A stretch of 64,000 bases of DNA from Patescibacteria group bacterium (GTDB lineage: Bacteria; Patescibacteriota; Minisyncoccia; UBA9983), in the NCBI GenBank assembly GCA_040752125.1, contig JBFMFK010000003.1:19034-83033 (forward strand), written 5' to 3'. The notes under the pieces were generated by a model. That model was not told the DNA's origin. It worked only from the letters and a program-made list of their open reading frames with translations, and searched no databases. Below, one piece after another: positions 43,640 through 53,371 of this stretch (within the stretch, counting starts at the first letter, position 1; each line of letters starts with the position of its first letter). A program made the position numbers and the translations under genes.

Positions 43640-46306
43640 ATGTTAAGACAGGCAATTGCTTGGCATAGTTTGGATTTAAAAGAAATAAAAAAACAATTGG
43701 CGACTGATTTTAGCAATGGTTTAAGTGAAAAAGAAGCGCAAAAGCGGCAGAAACATTACGGCAAAAATCTTTTTGAGAAAAAAAAGAAATTTTATTATCT
43801 TAAACTTTTATGGAAGCAAATAAAAAGCCCCCTTATTTTTATCTTAATCATCGCCGGCCTTATCACTCTCATTTTAAAAGAATATGCTAACACTACTGTT
43901 ATTTTCATCGCTGTTTTTATAAATACTTTAATGGGCATCTTTCAGGAAGGTCGGAGTTCGCGGGCTTTTGAAAAATTGCAAGCATCACAGAAAAAATACG
44001 CCACCCTTGTCAGGGAGGGTAGAAAAAAAATAATAGAATCTTCCGAACTTGTTCCCGGCGATATTATTGAAATCCAAATGGGGAATCAGGTGCCAGCGGA
44101 TGCCCGCATCATAGAATCAAAGAGGTTGGAAGCCAATGAAGCAGTTTTAACAGGGGAATGGCTGCCAGTCAAAAAAGACAATCAAAAATCTCTGCCTGAG
44201 AAAACACATATCACTGACAGGAGCAATATGTTGTGGATGGGGAGTTTGGTGACAGAGGGGTGGGGAAGAGGCGTTGTTGCAGATACGGGTTTCAACAGCC
44301 AAGTCGGCCGCATCGCTGAATTTATAAGCGGAGAAGATACGGTTGTTACGCCGCTTCAAAAAAATACAAAAAAATTGGCTAAGTTTCTGAGTTTTATCGT
44401 TGTTTTGTCGCTGTTGGTTTTGATCATCCTGGGTTTGTGGCGGGGCCAGAACTTTTTTGGCATATTTTTAACTGCTGTAGCTCTGGCAGTGTCAGCTATT
44501 CCCGAGGGCCTGCCAGTGGCAGTGACAGTGGTTTTAGCAATAGGAATGCAGAAAATTTTTTCCAAAAACGGCCTGCTGAAAAATTTAGATTCAGCAGAAA
44601 CCCTTGGTTCCACTTCTCTCATTCTCACTGACAAAACCGGCACCCTTACAAAGGCAGAGATGAATGTGGAAAAAATCATTACTTTGCTTTCCGAAGAAAA
44701 CAAATTAAAGCCAAAAGAACACAAAGACAGATTGGCTGTTTTAGAGATGGCTTTGCTAGCCACTGAAGCATTTATAGAAAATCCTCAAGATAATCTCGGA
44801 GAATGGATTATTAGAGGAAATCCAATGGGGAGGGCAATTTTTCTGGCTTCCTTGGAATCAGATATCCAGCCTTTGGTCTTGCAAAAAGAGCATAAGCGCA
44901 TTGATTTTATACCTTTTGACGCGGGCAGAAGATATGCCGCTTCCTTATATAAAAAAAATAATCAGGAATCTTATATTTTTGTCATTGGCGCGCCAGAAGT
45001 TATTCTTCAGTTTTGCAACAAAATTTACAAAAAAGAAAAGGAAATTGCTCTTAGCGAACCAATACTCAAATTATTAAACAAGGCCTCTTTGGAAGAAACC
45101 TCAAAAGGCGCGAGAATTTTAGCTGTGGCTTACAGAAAGGCAGATTGGGATTCTTTTCCCAGAGAGCAAGAGAAGAAACATAAGGAAATTTTTTCAAAGA
45201 TGACCTTGGGAGGATTTATTGCCTTTCATGACCCCTTAAGAGAGAATGCCAAGCAGTATTTGCAAGAGTCAAAGGAAGCATCTATAAGAACTGTGCTGGT
45301 AACCGGCGACCATGTGGAAACCGCTAAAAAAATCGGAGAGGAAGTCGGAATTTTACGCAAAAACGGACTTGTTTTAACAGGAGATGAGTTAGAAAAAATG
45401 AGCGACAAAGAACTCGAGGAGATAATCGGAAAAGTAGATATTTTTGCTCGAGTCCTGCCCCAGCAAAAAATGAGAATTTCAAATTTCTGGCAGCAAAGAG
45501 GGGAAATAGTGGCTATGACCGGCGACGGAGTTAATGACGCGCCTGCCTTAAAGCACGCTGATATCGGAATTGCTCTTGGTTCAGGCACCGAGGTGGCAAA
45601 AGAAGCGTCAGATTTAATTCTTTTAAATGATAGTTTTAATACTATTGTGGAGGCAGTTAAGGAAGGAAGAAGAATCATGGATAATTTAAGAAAAATTATT
45701 ACCTATCTTTTGTCAACGTCTTTCAGTGAAATCGTCTTAGTGGCGAGCTCCATTCTGGTTGGCGCGCCATTGCCAATTCTGCCTGCGCAAATTCTCTGGG
45801 TCAATATCATAGAGGAAGGTTTTATGAATTTTGCCTTTGCTTTTGAGCAGGCTGAAGAGAATATTTTAAAAAGAGACCCCAAAAAAGAATGCAGCAGGGC
45901 AATTTTGACAACACGAATAAAAAAAATGATTTTGATAATAGTGGCAATAACCAGTCTTTTGCTTATCTCTGTATTTTTTTTCTTAGATTATAAAAATTAT
46001 CCCCTGGAAAAAGTAAGAACGGTTATGTTTGGGGCTATGGCCATAGATGCAATATTTTTCAGTTTTTCCCTCAAGAATCTGCGAAAGCCGGTTTGGAAAA
46101 TCAATATCTTTTCCAACATTTATCTTCTTTTCTCGCTATCAGTCAGTATTTTTCTTTTGCTGAGTGTTTTATTTATTCCTTTTCTGCAAAAATTGCTTTC
46201 TGTTGTTTCGCTTAGTTTTTTAGAATTAATGATTATTTTTATTATCGGCTTTTTGAATCTTTTGACCATAGAAACAGTAAAATATTTCGTCTTTAGAAAA
46301 CAATAA
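43640..46306 (+). CDS. P-type Ca2+-transporting ATPase (P2-type)
   Basis: DKTGTLT, TGDGVNDAPALK and the PEGLP TM4 motif are present. The supplied ORF (from 43547) reads through tRNA-Glu, so the start is taken at ATG 43640 (MLRQAIAWHSLDLKEIKK…). Confidence 0.85.
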   Translation: MLRQAIAWHSLDLKEIKKQLATDFSNGLSEKEAQKRQKHYGKNLFEKKKKFYYLKLLWKQIKSPLIFILIIAGLITLILKEYANTTVIFIAVFINTLMGIFQEGRSSRAFEKLQASQKKYATLVREGRKKIIESSELVPGDIIEIQMGNQVPADARIIESKRLEANEAVLTGEWLPVKKDNQKSLPEKTHITDRSNMLWMGSLVTEGWGRGVVADTGFNSQVGRIAEFISGEDTVVTPLQKNTKKLAKFLSFIVVLSLLVLIILGLWRGQNFFGIFLTAVALAVSAIPEGLPVAVTVVLAIGMQKIFSKNGLLKNLDSAETLGSTSLILTDKTGTLTKAEMNVEKIITLLSEENKLKPKEHKDRLAVLEMALLATEAFIENPQDNLGEWIIRGNPMGRAIFLASLESDIQPLVLQKEHKRIDFIPFDAGRRYAASLYKKNNQESYIFVIGAPEVILQFCNKIYKKEKEIALSEPILKLLNKASLEETSKGARILAVAYRKADWDSFPREQEKKHKEIFSKMTLGGFIAFHDPLRENAKQYLQESKEASIRTVLVTGDHVETAKKIGEEVGILRKNGLVLTGDELEKMSDKELEEIIGKVDIFARVLPQQKMRISNFWQQRGEIVAMTGDGVNDAPALKHADIGIALGSGTEVAKEASDLILLNDSFNTIVEAVKEGRRIMDNLRKIITYLLSTSFSEIVLVASSILVGAPLPILPAQILWVNIIEEGFMNFAFAFEQAEENILKRDPKKECSRAILTTRIKKMILIIVAITSLLLISVFFFLDYKNYPLEKVRTVMFGAMAIDAIFFSFSLKNLRKPVWKINIFSNIYLLFSLSVSIFLLLSVLFIPFLQKLLSVVSLSFLELMIIFIIGFLNLLTIETVKYFVFRKQ

Positions 46307-46318
46307 TTTTGAAGCATT

Positions 46319-47275
46319 ATGTTTTTATACATCCTGATATTTGTCATAAGTTTTATTTTTCTAATAAAGGCCGGTGCCACACTTGTCAGGTCGCTTACCA
46401 AATTAGCCCGATTTTTTCAGGTTTCCGAATATGTTATTGCGTTTTTTTTGATGAGTTTTGCCACGTCCATACCAGAACTTTTTGTCGGCTTGTCCTCGGC
46501 ACTGGAAGACATTCCTCGGCTTTCGTTAGGGAATATTATAGGTGCCAATTTTATCAACGTCACTCTTATTATGGGTGTAATCGTGTTATTAAACAGAGGT
46601 ATAAAAATTGAAAGTAAAATCTCTCAGGAAAATTTTTGGCTGATTTTTTTCTTGGTTCTTTTTCCTATATTTTTGTCATTAGATGGAATGATTTCCCGAA
46701 GCGATGGTGTTATTTTACTTCTAGCTTTTATTCTTTACTTAGCCAGTTTAATCAAAGAGAAGGAATATTTCACTAAAACTATTAAATCGATTGAGTTTAA
46801 TCACGAAATCAGCGTCGGAGTCTTTAAATGGCTAGGAAGATTTTTATTAGGTATTATAATTCTTCTTTTAAGTTCCTTTGCACTTGTTTGGGCCGGCAAA
46901 CAGCTAATATTTGGGTTGGGTATAAGCGCTTTATTTTTTGGAATAATTTTTGTGGCTTTGGCTACCACCGTGCCAGAACTTGTTTTTGGAATCAGGGCAT
47001 CACTGCTTAAACATACGCAAATGAGCATCGGCAATACAATGGGAAGTGTGGCATTTAATTCGGCTTTCATTATTGCCTTGGTAAGCATCGTAAATCCTAT
47101 CCAGATTGATAATAATATAAACTTTTTCTTTGCAATAATTTTCTTGATTGCTGCCATGCTTTTATTAAATATTTTTGTTTACACCCGCTCCAACATTTCC
47201 TCTCGTGAAGGCATAATTTTAATAGGGCTTTATATCTTTTTCCTCGTCATCCAATATCTTTTTTATACAATTTAG
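46319..47275 (+). CDS. Na+/Ca2+ exchanger family (CaCA/YrbG-like) membrane protein
   Basis: Two alpha-repeat motifs are present: GNIIGANFINVTL and GNTMGSVAFNSAFII. Confidence 0.8.
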   Translation: MFLYILIFVISFIFLIKAGATLVRSLTKLARFFQVSEYVIAFFLMSFATSIPELFVGLSSALEDIPRLSLGNIIGANFINVTLIMGVIVLLNRGIKIESKISQENFWLIFFLVLFPIFLSLDGMISRSDGVILLLAFILYLASLIKEKEYFTKTIKSIEFNHEISVGVFKWLGRFLLGIIILLLSSFALVWAGKQLIFGLGISALFFGIIFVALATTVPELVFGIRASLLKHTQMSIGNTMGSVAFNSAFIIALVSIVNPIQIDNNINFFFAIIFLIAAMLLLNIFVYTRSNISSREGIILIGLYIFFLVIQYLFYTI

Positions 47276-47319
47276 AATTTTATAAGATTATTCATTATAT
47301 TTATAAAATTAAGATTATT

Positions 47320-47347
47320 AAGTATTTCTACGATCGTAACTATACTT
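47320..47347. promoter_or_regulatory. 28-bp palindrome AAGTAT-ttc-TACGATCGTA-act-ATACTT overlapping the -35 region of the PaaX-like gene promoter (extended -10 TGTATAAT at 47362..47369, start codon 6 nt later)
   Basis: Direct read. A related copy, AAGTATTCTTACGATCGTAGCGATATTT, lies downstream of the gene at 47955..47982. Confidence 0.5.
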
Positions 47348-47375
47348 AATAGTTGTATTTTTGTATAATTGAGCT

Positions 47376-47927
47376 ATGGCAAGATATAGTCCCTATAGAA
47401 AAAAGATTCTTTTAATGCTTTTGGCTGGTGTGGCTTTAGGATTGACTTATTCTCCGAGAGGTCAAAAAAAGATTCTGAAAGCATTTATAAAAGATTGGAA
47501 AAATATAGAACGCGACAGATTATATTATCTACTGAATGAGTTTAAATATGAACGGCTGATAGATTATCAAGAATCAAGTAATGGAACAATCAAGGTTATA
47601 TTAACTGAAAATGGTAAGAAAAAAGCGCTTCAGTATGACTTTGATGAAATAAAAATTAAAAAACCAAGTCAATGGGATGGTAAATGGAGATTGGTTATAT
47701 TTGACATTCCGGAGCGAATTAGAAAAGGGAGGGATGCTTTAAGAGATAAATTAAAAGACCTTGATTTTTATGAATTGCAAAAAAGTGTCTGGGTTCATCC
47801 GTATCCTTGCGAAGATGAGATTAATTTTATAACCGAAGTTTTTGACTTAAGATCTTATATTAGATTTGCTGAAATAATAAAAATTACAAATGAAGCAAAA
47901 TTAAAATTGCATTTTAAATTATATTAA
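47376..47927 (+). CDS. PaaX-like small transcriptional regulator (N-terminal winged helix + WDGKW…VIFDIPE C-terminal domain), paralog 1
   Basis: WDGKWRLVIFDIPE matches the PaaX middle-domain hallmark WDGKW. It is 45% identical to the minus-strand paralog at 63205..63759. Confidence 0.6.
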   Translation: MARYSPYRKKILLMLLAGVALGLTYSPRGQKKILKAFIKDWKNIERDRLYYLLNEFKYERLIDYQESSNGTIKVILTENGKKKALQYDFDEIKIKKPSQWDGKWRLVIFDIPERIRKGRDALRDKLKDLDFYELQKSVWVHPYPCEDEINFITEVFDLRSYIRFAEIIKITNEAKLKLHFKLY

Positions 47928-48042
47928 ATTGTGCATCGCGCATAAGTATTAAGTATTCTTACGATCGTAGCGATATTTCATAGTTTAGCTGGCTAGCTGG
48001 TTAGTTGATTAAATTAGATTTAAATGGAAAATGGAAAACAAA

Positions 48043-48075
48043 AAAGCCGAAAAGGATTAAATCCCGATCGGCTTT
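48043..48075. terminator. bidirectional hairpin (AAAGCCGAAAAGGATT-a-AATCCCGATCGGCTTT) between convergent genes
   Basis: Direct read. There is an A-run on the left and a T-containing flank on the right. Confidence 0.6.
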
Positions 48076-48094
48076 AAAGATTTAAGAGCAAGAT

Positions 48095-48394
48095 TTAATG
48101 AAACTGAAGAATCAATGATTCGTTATCTTGACATATAACTTCAATACGTAAGCCAAAAATGTCACTAATCATAAGAGCAATACTACGTGCAGTATGTGGA
48201 TCTCCATAGAAAAACCACTTATCATCTCCATCGTCACAGATTAAAGGTGTATAATCTCTTTTGAAACCTATTGTCATACATCTTTTTGTTAAAAAAGAAC
48301 ATACCATTATATCACCAGATTGAATTGTAGTTTCTGGACCTTGAGATCCTATTCTTAGTTTTCTTATTTTTTTAGAAACAATCCTTTCTTCCAT
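48095..48394 (-). CDS. hypothetical protein (99 aa)
   Basis: A strong RBS lies on the minus strand (AAGGAGGattggCATG). No recognisable motif. Confidence 0.4.
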   Translation of the reverse strand: MEERIVSKKIRKLRIGSQGPETTIQSGDIMVCSFLTKRCMTIGFKRDYTPLICDDGDDKWFFYGDPHTARSIALMISDIFGLRIEVICQDNESLILQFH

Positions 48395-48439
48395 GCCAAT
48401 CCTCCTTCTTATTCAAAAAATATGCTAAAATAATACTTA

Positions 48440-49801
48440 ATGAGCAAGGCTCAATCTGAAAAGAAGAATAGCATAGATAAAGATATAAGTCAAGATGTGG
48501 TGACGAGGTTTGCGCCGAGTCCAACAGGAGTTTTGCATATAGGCGGTGCGAGAACTGCGCTTTTTAATTATTTATTTGCCAGACAAAATAATGGCAGGTT
48601 TATCTTGCGCCTTGAAGATACTGATAAAGAGCGATCTAAAAAAGAATGTGAAGAAGATATTATTCGTAGTTTAAAATGGCTGGGTTTAGATTGGGATAAA
48701 TCTTACAAGCAAAGTGAACGCAAGGAAATCTATAAAAAATATATTAATCATCTGATAAAAAAAAGGAGGGCTTATATTTCAAAAGAAGTGACGGGCAACA
48801 GGGCAACAGTGATAAGATTTAAAAATCCCTGCACAAAAATCAGCTTTCAGGATTTAATTAGAGGTCAAATAGAATTTGATACCACAGAATTGGGTGATTT
48901 TGTAATTGCCAAAGATGAAAATACGCCCCTTTTCCATCTAACCGGCGCCATAGATGATTACGAAATGAAAATTTCTCATATTATACGCGGAGAAGATCAT
49001 ATTTCCAACACTCCTCGGCAAATTCTTATTCAGCAGGCTCTTGATTTCTCTAGCCCAATTTATTCCCATATTCCATTAATCTTGGGTCCTGACCGTTCAA
49101 AACTTTCCAAGCGCCACGGTGCTGTTTCTTTAAAAGAATACAAAGATATCGGTTATTTGTCAGAAGCACTGATAAATTTTTTGGCTTTTTTGGGATGGAA
49201 TCCTGGGACGGAAAAAGAAATTTTCAGTTTGGAAGAATTGATAAAAGAATTTTCTTTAAAGCAAGTCCAGAAAAGCGGAGCAATTTTTAATATTGAAAAA
49301 TTAAACTGGATAAATAAGCAATATATTATGAAAAAGAATTTAGAAGAATTGGCCGTTGAATTGATATATTTTCTTCCAGAAAAATGGCGAGAAAAAGCAG
49401 AAAATGAAAAAAAATTCTGGAGAAAAATAGCGGGACTAGAAAGAGAAAGAATCAGTACCTTGTCAGAAATAGGGGAGAGTATAAATTATTTTTTTGAAGA
49501 GCCTAATTATGAAAAAGAAAAATTATTATGGAAAAATGAAAAAAGTTTAAATAATGTGGAGGTTTACCTTAAAAAAATTATAGAGATGCTAAGCAAATTA
49601 AGTGAAAAAGAATTTACGTCGCACAATATCAAAGAGTTGATTTGGGATTATGCTGAAAAACAAGGAAGAGGCAATGTTTTATGGCCTCTTAGGGTGTCCT
49701 TAACAGGCTTGGAAAAATCTCCGGAACCTTTTATAATTTCAGAAATACTAGGCCAAACAGAGACAATAAGAAGAATTCAAAATGCAATCAATAAATTATA
49801 A
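48440..49801 (+). CDS. gltX: glutamyl-tRNA synthetase
   Basis: The HIGH motif reads PSPTGVLHIGGART, and the KMSKS-type motif is KLSKR. Confidence 0.9.
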   Translation: MSKAQSEKKNSIDKDISQDVVTRFAPSPTGVLHIGGARTALFNYLFARQNNGRFILRLEDTDKERSKKECEEDIIRSLKWLGLDWDKSYKQSERKEIYKKYINHLIKKRRAYISKEVTGNRATVIRFKNPCTKISFQDLIRGQIEFDTTELGDFVIAKDENTPLFHLTGAIDDYEMKISHIIRGEDHISNTPRQILIQQALDFSSPIYSHIPLILGPDRSKLSKRHGAVSLKEYKDIGYLSEALINFLAFLGWNPGTEKEIFSLEELIKEFSLKQVQKSGAIFNIEKLNWINKQYIMKKNLEELAVELIYFLPEKWREKAENEKKFWRKIAGLERERISTLSEIGESINYFFEEPNYEKEKLLWKNEKSLNNVEVYLKKIIEMLSKLSEKEFTSHNIKELIWDYAEKQGRGNVLWPLRVSLTGLEKSPEPFIISEILGQTETIRRIQNAINKL

Positions 49802-51089
49802 GAAAAATTTATTGCAGATTTTTATTTTTGTATTATTTTCTGGCTATTTTTTAATAATCTCTTTTTTAAATGTTTCAGATGTTTCTGCAGAAACAGTAGA
49901 GCAATTAAGGAAAAAAATACAAGAAAGAAACCAGCAAATTGAACAGATTCAGAAAGAGATTGAAAAATATCAAAAACAACTTGATCAGACGCTGGAGGAA
50001 AAGACTACTCTTAAAAATGAAATCAGCCGTTTAGAGATTACTCAAAAAAAATTAATCTCTGATATTAATCTAACTCAAAAACAAATAGAAAGCACTGGCT
50101 TTAATATTGAACGTTTAGAGATAGAGATTGCCGATAAACAAAACAGCATAACAGGCAAAAAAGGTGAGTTATCTGAAATAATCAGAAGCCTGAATGAAGC
50201 AGAATCTCAATCACTGGTAGAAATTACCCTGGCTAATGATACATTGTCAGATTTTTTCACTGATATTGAACGGATGGAAAATTTTCAAAAAGAGCTTAAC
50301 ATCAATCTTAAAGAATTAAAGGAATTGAAAAGTTTTTTAGAAGAAGAAAAAGCTGAGCGGGAAATTGAAAAACAAAATTTTGAAGATTTGAAAGGCAAGC
50401 TTGTTGACCAGAAAATCATTGTTGATTCCACAAAAAAACAAAAGAATCAGATTCTCACCCTAACAAAAAACAAAGAAGAAAATTACAAAAAAATCTTGGC
50501 TGATAGAGTTACTAAACAGAAAGCATTAGAAGATGAAATAAGATCAATTGAAGAACAAATAAGAGTGGTCATTGATCCTAGTTCATTGCCCCGGGCCGGT
50601 TCAGGTGTTTTGAAATGGCCACTAGATTCTATAATGATCACTCAATATTTTGGTAATACGCCCTTCGCAACCCAAAATCCACAGGTTTATAATGGTCAAG
50701 GTCATAATGGGATAGATCTTCGGGCAAGCATTGGAACTCCAGTTAAGGCTGCTGGTGATGGAACAATAACTGCCATTGGAGATACTGATCAAAGTTGTTA
50801 TGGAGTTTCTTTTGGCAAATGGATATTAATCAGTCATCCTAATAATCTCTCAACATTATACGCCCATCTTTCTTTAATCCGGGTTTCTATTGGCCAATCT
50901 GTAAAAGCTGGCAATATAATCGGCTATGCTGGCACAACCGGATACACTACAGGACCACATCTTCATTTTAGTGTCTATGCCACGCCAGGGGTGAAAATTG
51001 ATCAGATAAGAAGCAAAATATGCGGCACAATGATGACTTTACCGGTTGCTTCTTTCAATAGTTATTTAAATCCCTTGTCATATCTCTAA
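49782..51089 (+). CDS. coiled-coil + M23 (LytM) peptidase domain protein, EnvC-like
   Basis: It has an N-terminal TM/signal, a ~250-aa coiled coil, and the M23 motifs HNGIDLRA and HLHFSV. Confidence 0.8.
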   Translation: MQSINYKKNLLQIFIFVLFSGYFLIISFLNVSDVSAETVEQLRKKIQERNQQIEQIQKEIEKYQKQLDQTLEEKTTLKNEISRLEITQKKLISDINLTQKQIESTGFNIERLEIEIADKQNSITGKKGELSEIIRSLNEAESQSLVEITLANDTLSDFFTDIERMENFQKELNINLKELKELKSFLEEEKAEREIEKQNFEDLKGKLVDQKIIVDSTKKQKNQILTLTKNKEENYKKILADRVTKQKALEDEIRSIEEQIRVVIDPSSLPRAGSGVLKWPLDSIMITQYFGNTPFATQNPQVYNGQGHNGIDLRASIGTPVKAAGDGTITAIGDTDQSCYGVSFGKWILISHPNNLSTLYAHLSLIRVSIGQSVKAGNIIGYAGTTGYTTGPHLHFSVYATPGVKIDQIRSKICGTMMTLPVASFNSYLNPLSYL

Positions 51090-51112
51090 AATTCGTGTTA
51101 TTATATTGAATA

Positions 51113-51358
51113 ATGAAAAATCAAGGTTTTATAAAGCTTTTAATCACTATACTAATTATTATCACTATTTTCAGTCTTCTTGATATAAGTATAAGATCTT
51201 TGGCAGAAAAAATTTGGAACAATATAAAATACTGGTGGGGCAGATACTTAAAAGAGTCTGCAACACGTCTCTTCAGAGAGGTATTAATAAAAGGGCTTCT
51301 TAAACCGTCTATTGAATATATAGAAAGCCATTGGCTGAAAAATGATCTTGCAAAATAA
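51113..51358 (+). CDS. hypothetical small membrane protein
   Basis: ORF with one TM helix, followed by a hairpin at 51389..51422. Confidence 0.3.
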   Translation: MKNQGFIKLLITILIIITIFSLLDISIRSLAEKIWNNIKYWWGRYLKESATRLFREVLIKGLLKPSIEYIESHWLKNDLAK

Positions 51359-51443
51359 CTTGCAAAATAAATGGTATAGAGATAGAGTAAAGTGTCGCAA
51401 AAGGTATATTGTCCGACACTTTATATTTTAATCCCCTAAAATT

Positions 51444-52625
51444 ATGCGAATATCATATACTGCATTAGATACATATAAATCCTGTCCATTGAAATTTAAA
51501 TTTCAGGAAATTGACAAAATAAAAGTTCCTAAAAATATAGAATTGATTTTTGGCTCTGTTGTGCATTCTTCTTTGAAATATATGTTTGAAAGAAGTCCTC
51601 TCTACCCTACCATTGATCAAGTTATTGACTTCTTTCGTAATTTATGGGACGAAAAACTGCAGGCCTTTAATACTCCTGATTTTGAACAAAAGAAAAAAGT
51701 CTATTATGAAGAAGGTATTGATATGCTCAAAAGATTTTATAAACATAATCAGCCGTGGAATTTTAATGTTGTTGATTTGGAGTCACGTTTTGAAGCTGAT
51801 ATAACCGACAAAAAATCTGGAGAAAAACATACTTTAGTGGGAACAATAGACAGAATTGATAAAAATCATGACGAAAATTTCTATGAAATCATAGATTATA
51901 AAACTCAAAAGAGGATGCCCTCAAAAGATTCTATTGATCAAGATCTGCAGATATCAATTTATCAGTTGGGTTTGATTAAAAAGTGGCCGCATTTATCTCA
52001 CAATAATATCAAGTTAAGTTTTTATTTTTTAAAGCATGGAGAAAAAATTTCTACCAGTCGCACTGAAGAACAAATAGAAAAAACAAAACACACGATTATA
52101 AAAAACATCAACGAGGTCAAGACGCGCATAAATAACAATTTTGATTTTCCTGCCTATCCTTCTGTGCTTTGTGAATGGTGCGGATACAGATCTATGTGTC
52201 CGATGTGGAAGCATTTGTATGATCAGAAATACGCCAAACTGGATGACGGCCAGGCAAAAGAGATTGTGAAAGAATACTTTGATTTAAAATCGCAAAATGA
52301 ACAAAATAATGAACGCCTAGACGAATTGAAGGCCATTATTTTTGGCTTTATGGATGACCAGAAAATAGACAGGGTTTTCGGCAGCGAGGGTTATTTAACA
52401 AGAAAAACTCAGGAGAGATTTTCTTATGACCTGGAAAAAATAAAGGAGATTTTGACGCCGCTTGGCAAATGGGAGGAAATTTTGTCAGCAGATGAAAAGA
52501 AACTAGAAAAAATCCTCTCTTCCCTATCAGAGGAAGTTCAGGAAAAAATTCTCGCCTTGCGCACTAAAAAGCAAATCACAACTCTCACTGCCTCTAAAAA
52601 GAAAATCGAATCAGAGGAAAAATAA
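51444..52625 (+). CDS. PD-(D/E)XK nuclease, Cas4/AddB-like with 4-Cys cluster and ~130-aa coiled-coil C-terminal extension
   Basis: The N-terminus ISYTALDTYKSCPLKF matches the SxS..Y..CP motif. GTIDRID (D) and EIIDYKT (E.K) are present, followed by QLGLIKK and CEWCGYRSMCP (C-x2-C-x5-C). Confidence 0.7.
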   Translation: MRISYTALDTYKSCPLKFKFQEIDKIKVPKNIELIFGSVVHSSLKYMFERSPLYPTIDQVIDFFRNLWDEKLQAFNTPDFEQKKKVYYEEGIDMLKRFYKHNQPWNFNVVDLESRFEADITDKKSGEKHTLVGTIDRIDKNHDENFYEIIDYKTQKRMPSKDSIDQDLQISIYQLGLIKKWPHLSHNNIKLSFYFLKHGEKISTSRTEEQIEKTKHTIIKNINEVKTRINNNFDFPAYPSVLCEWCGYRSMCPMWKHLYDQKYAKLDDGQAKEIVKEYFDLKSQNEQNNERLDELKAIIFGFMDDQKIDRVFGSEGYLTRKTQERFSYDLEKIKEILTPLGKWEEILSADEKKLEKILSSLSEEVQEKILALRTKKQITTLTASKKKIESEEK

Positions 52626-52626
52626 A

Positions 52627-52660
52627 AAGGCGATCTCTATTTCAATCGCCTTTTAGTTTT
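52627..52660. terminator. bidirectional terminator (AAGGCGAT-ctctatttca-ATCGCCTT + T-run) between convergent genes
   Basis: Direct read. Confidence 0.7.
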
Positions 52661-52686
52661 TTGGTTATAGTTTAATTTTTAATAGT

Positions 52687-53184
52687 TTAATTTTTACCTG
52701 TCAGTTCTTTCCAGTGAGTCTTTGGTCGTAGACGTTTAGATCCCTGTTTGCATAAAGCACATTCTTCTGGTGGCACTGCCCAGATTTCTTTTTCTATCAA
52801 AGCAACAATGAGTCTTTTACCATAATAATCAATTGGCAGTTTTGGCGGCCGATGGACAAGAATACCAACATAAGGAAGAAAATTAACTGGATTTGGGTTC
52901 CCTTCTCTTATTGCTCTCTCTACCTCATTAAGGGTATGAGCAGTAGTTGTAAGTTCCTCAATTTGTAAGACTGAATCTCCTTCTGGGATTGCCATTCTTT
53001 TCCATATCATTTTTTTACCTTTTGGATCAGTTGGGTCTTTTTCTACGCACATATTGATAGGTGCACTAATGGCTCTAGCCACATCGTGGGCAAAAGTAAT
53101 TCCAGCCATAGGAGAACCTATTACCCAATCAACTCTGGTGTCAATTTTGCTGTAAGCAATAATCTTACGGATTTTTTCCCCCAA
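52687..53184 (-). CDS. type I phosphoribosyltransferase-fold protein (PRPP-binding-like motif VLQIEELTTTAHTL), TTG start
   Basis: The supplied ORF starts at a TTG. There is no ATG in the in-frame upstream stretch up to the stop at 53281. VIGSPMAGITFAHDVA and LQIEELTTTAHT resemble PRTase loops. Confidence 0.45.
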   Translation of the reverse strand: MGEKIRKIIAYSKIDTRVDWVIGSPMAGITFAHDVARAISAPINMCVEKDPTDPKGKKMIWKRMAIPEGDSVLQIEELTTTAHTLNEVERAIREGNPNPVNFLPYVGILVHRPPKLPIDYYGKRLIVALIEKEIWAVPPEECALCKQGSKRLRPKTHWKELTGKN

Positions 53185-53350
53185 CTGGTCTGCTAGGATA
53201 TCAGAAAGATTAATATATTTGAGAACTCGTAAGCAATCGAAGAACCCAATAATATTCCTAACATTTTGAAGTAAATTTTGTCAACTATCCCCTATTCCAT
53301 GCCATAGTAATGAATAGATGACAATATGTCGCAAAATAAAGTGAACATTT

Positions 53351-53371
53351 ATCTGCGATAGCAAGTATATG
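53351..53371. promoter_or_regulatory. 21-nt core ATCTGCGATAGCAAGTATATG (copy a), identical to 63154..63174 and related to 63809..63829
   Basis: Exact 21/21 match with the copy upstream of rplU. It lies about 170 nt upstream of the minus-strand PRTase gene. Confidence 0.6.

Noticed and set aside
46309-47157. ORFs 46309..46611(+), 46801..47157(-) and 46828..47010(+) overlapping the CaCA exchanger gene
   Set aside because: They are embedded in, or out of frame with, a well-supported polytopic transporter gene. They have no start signals.
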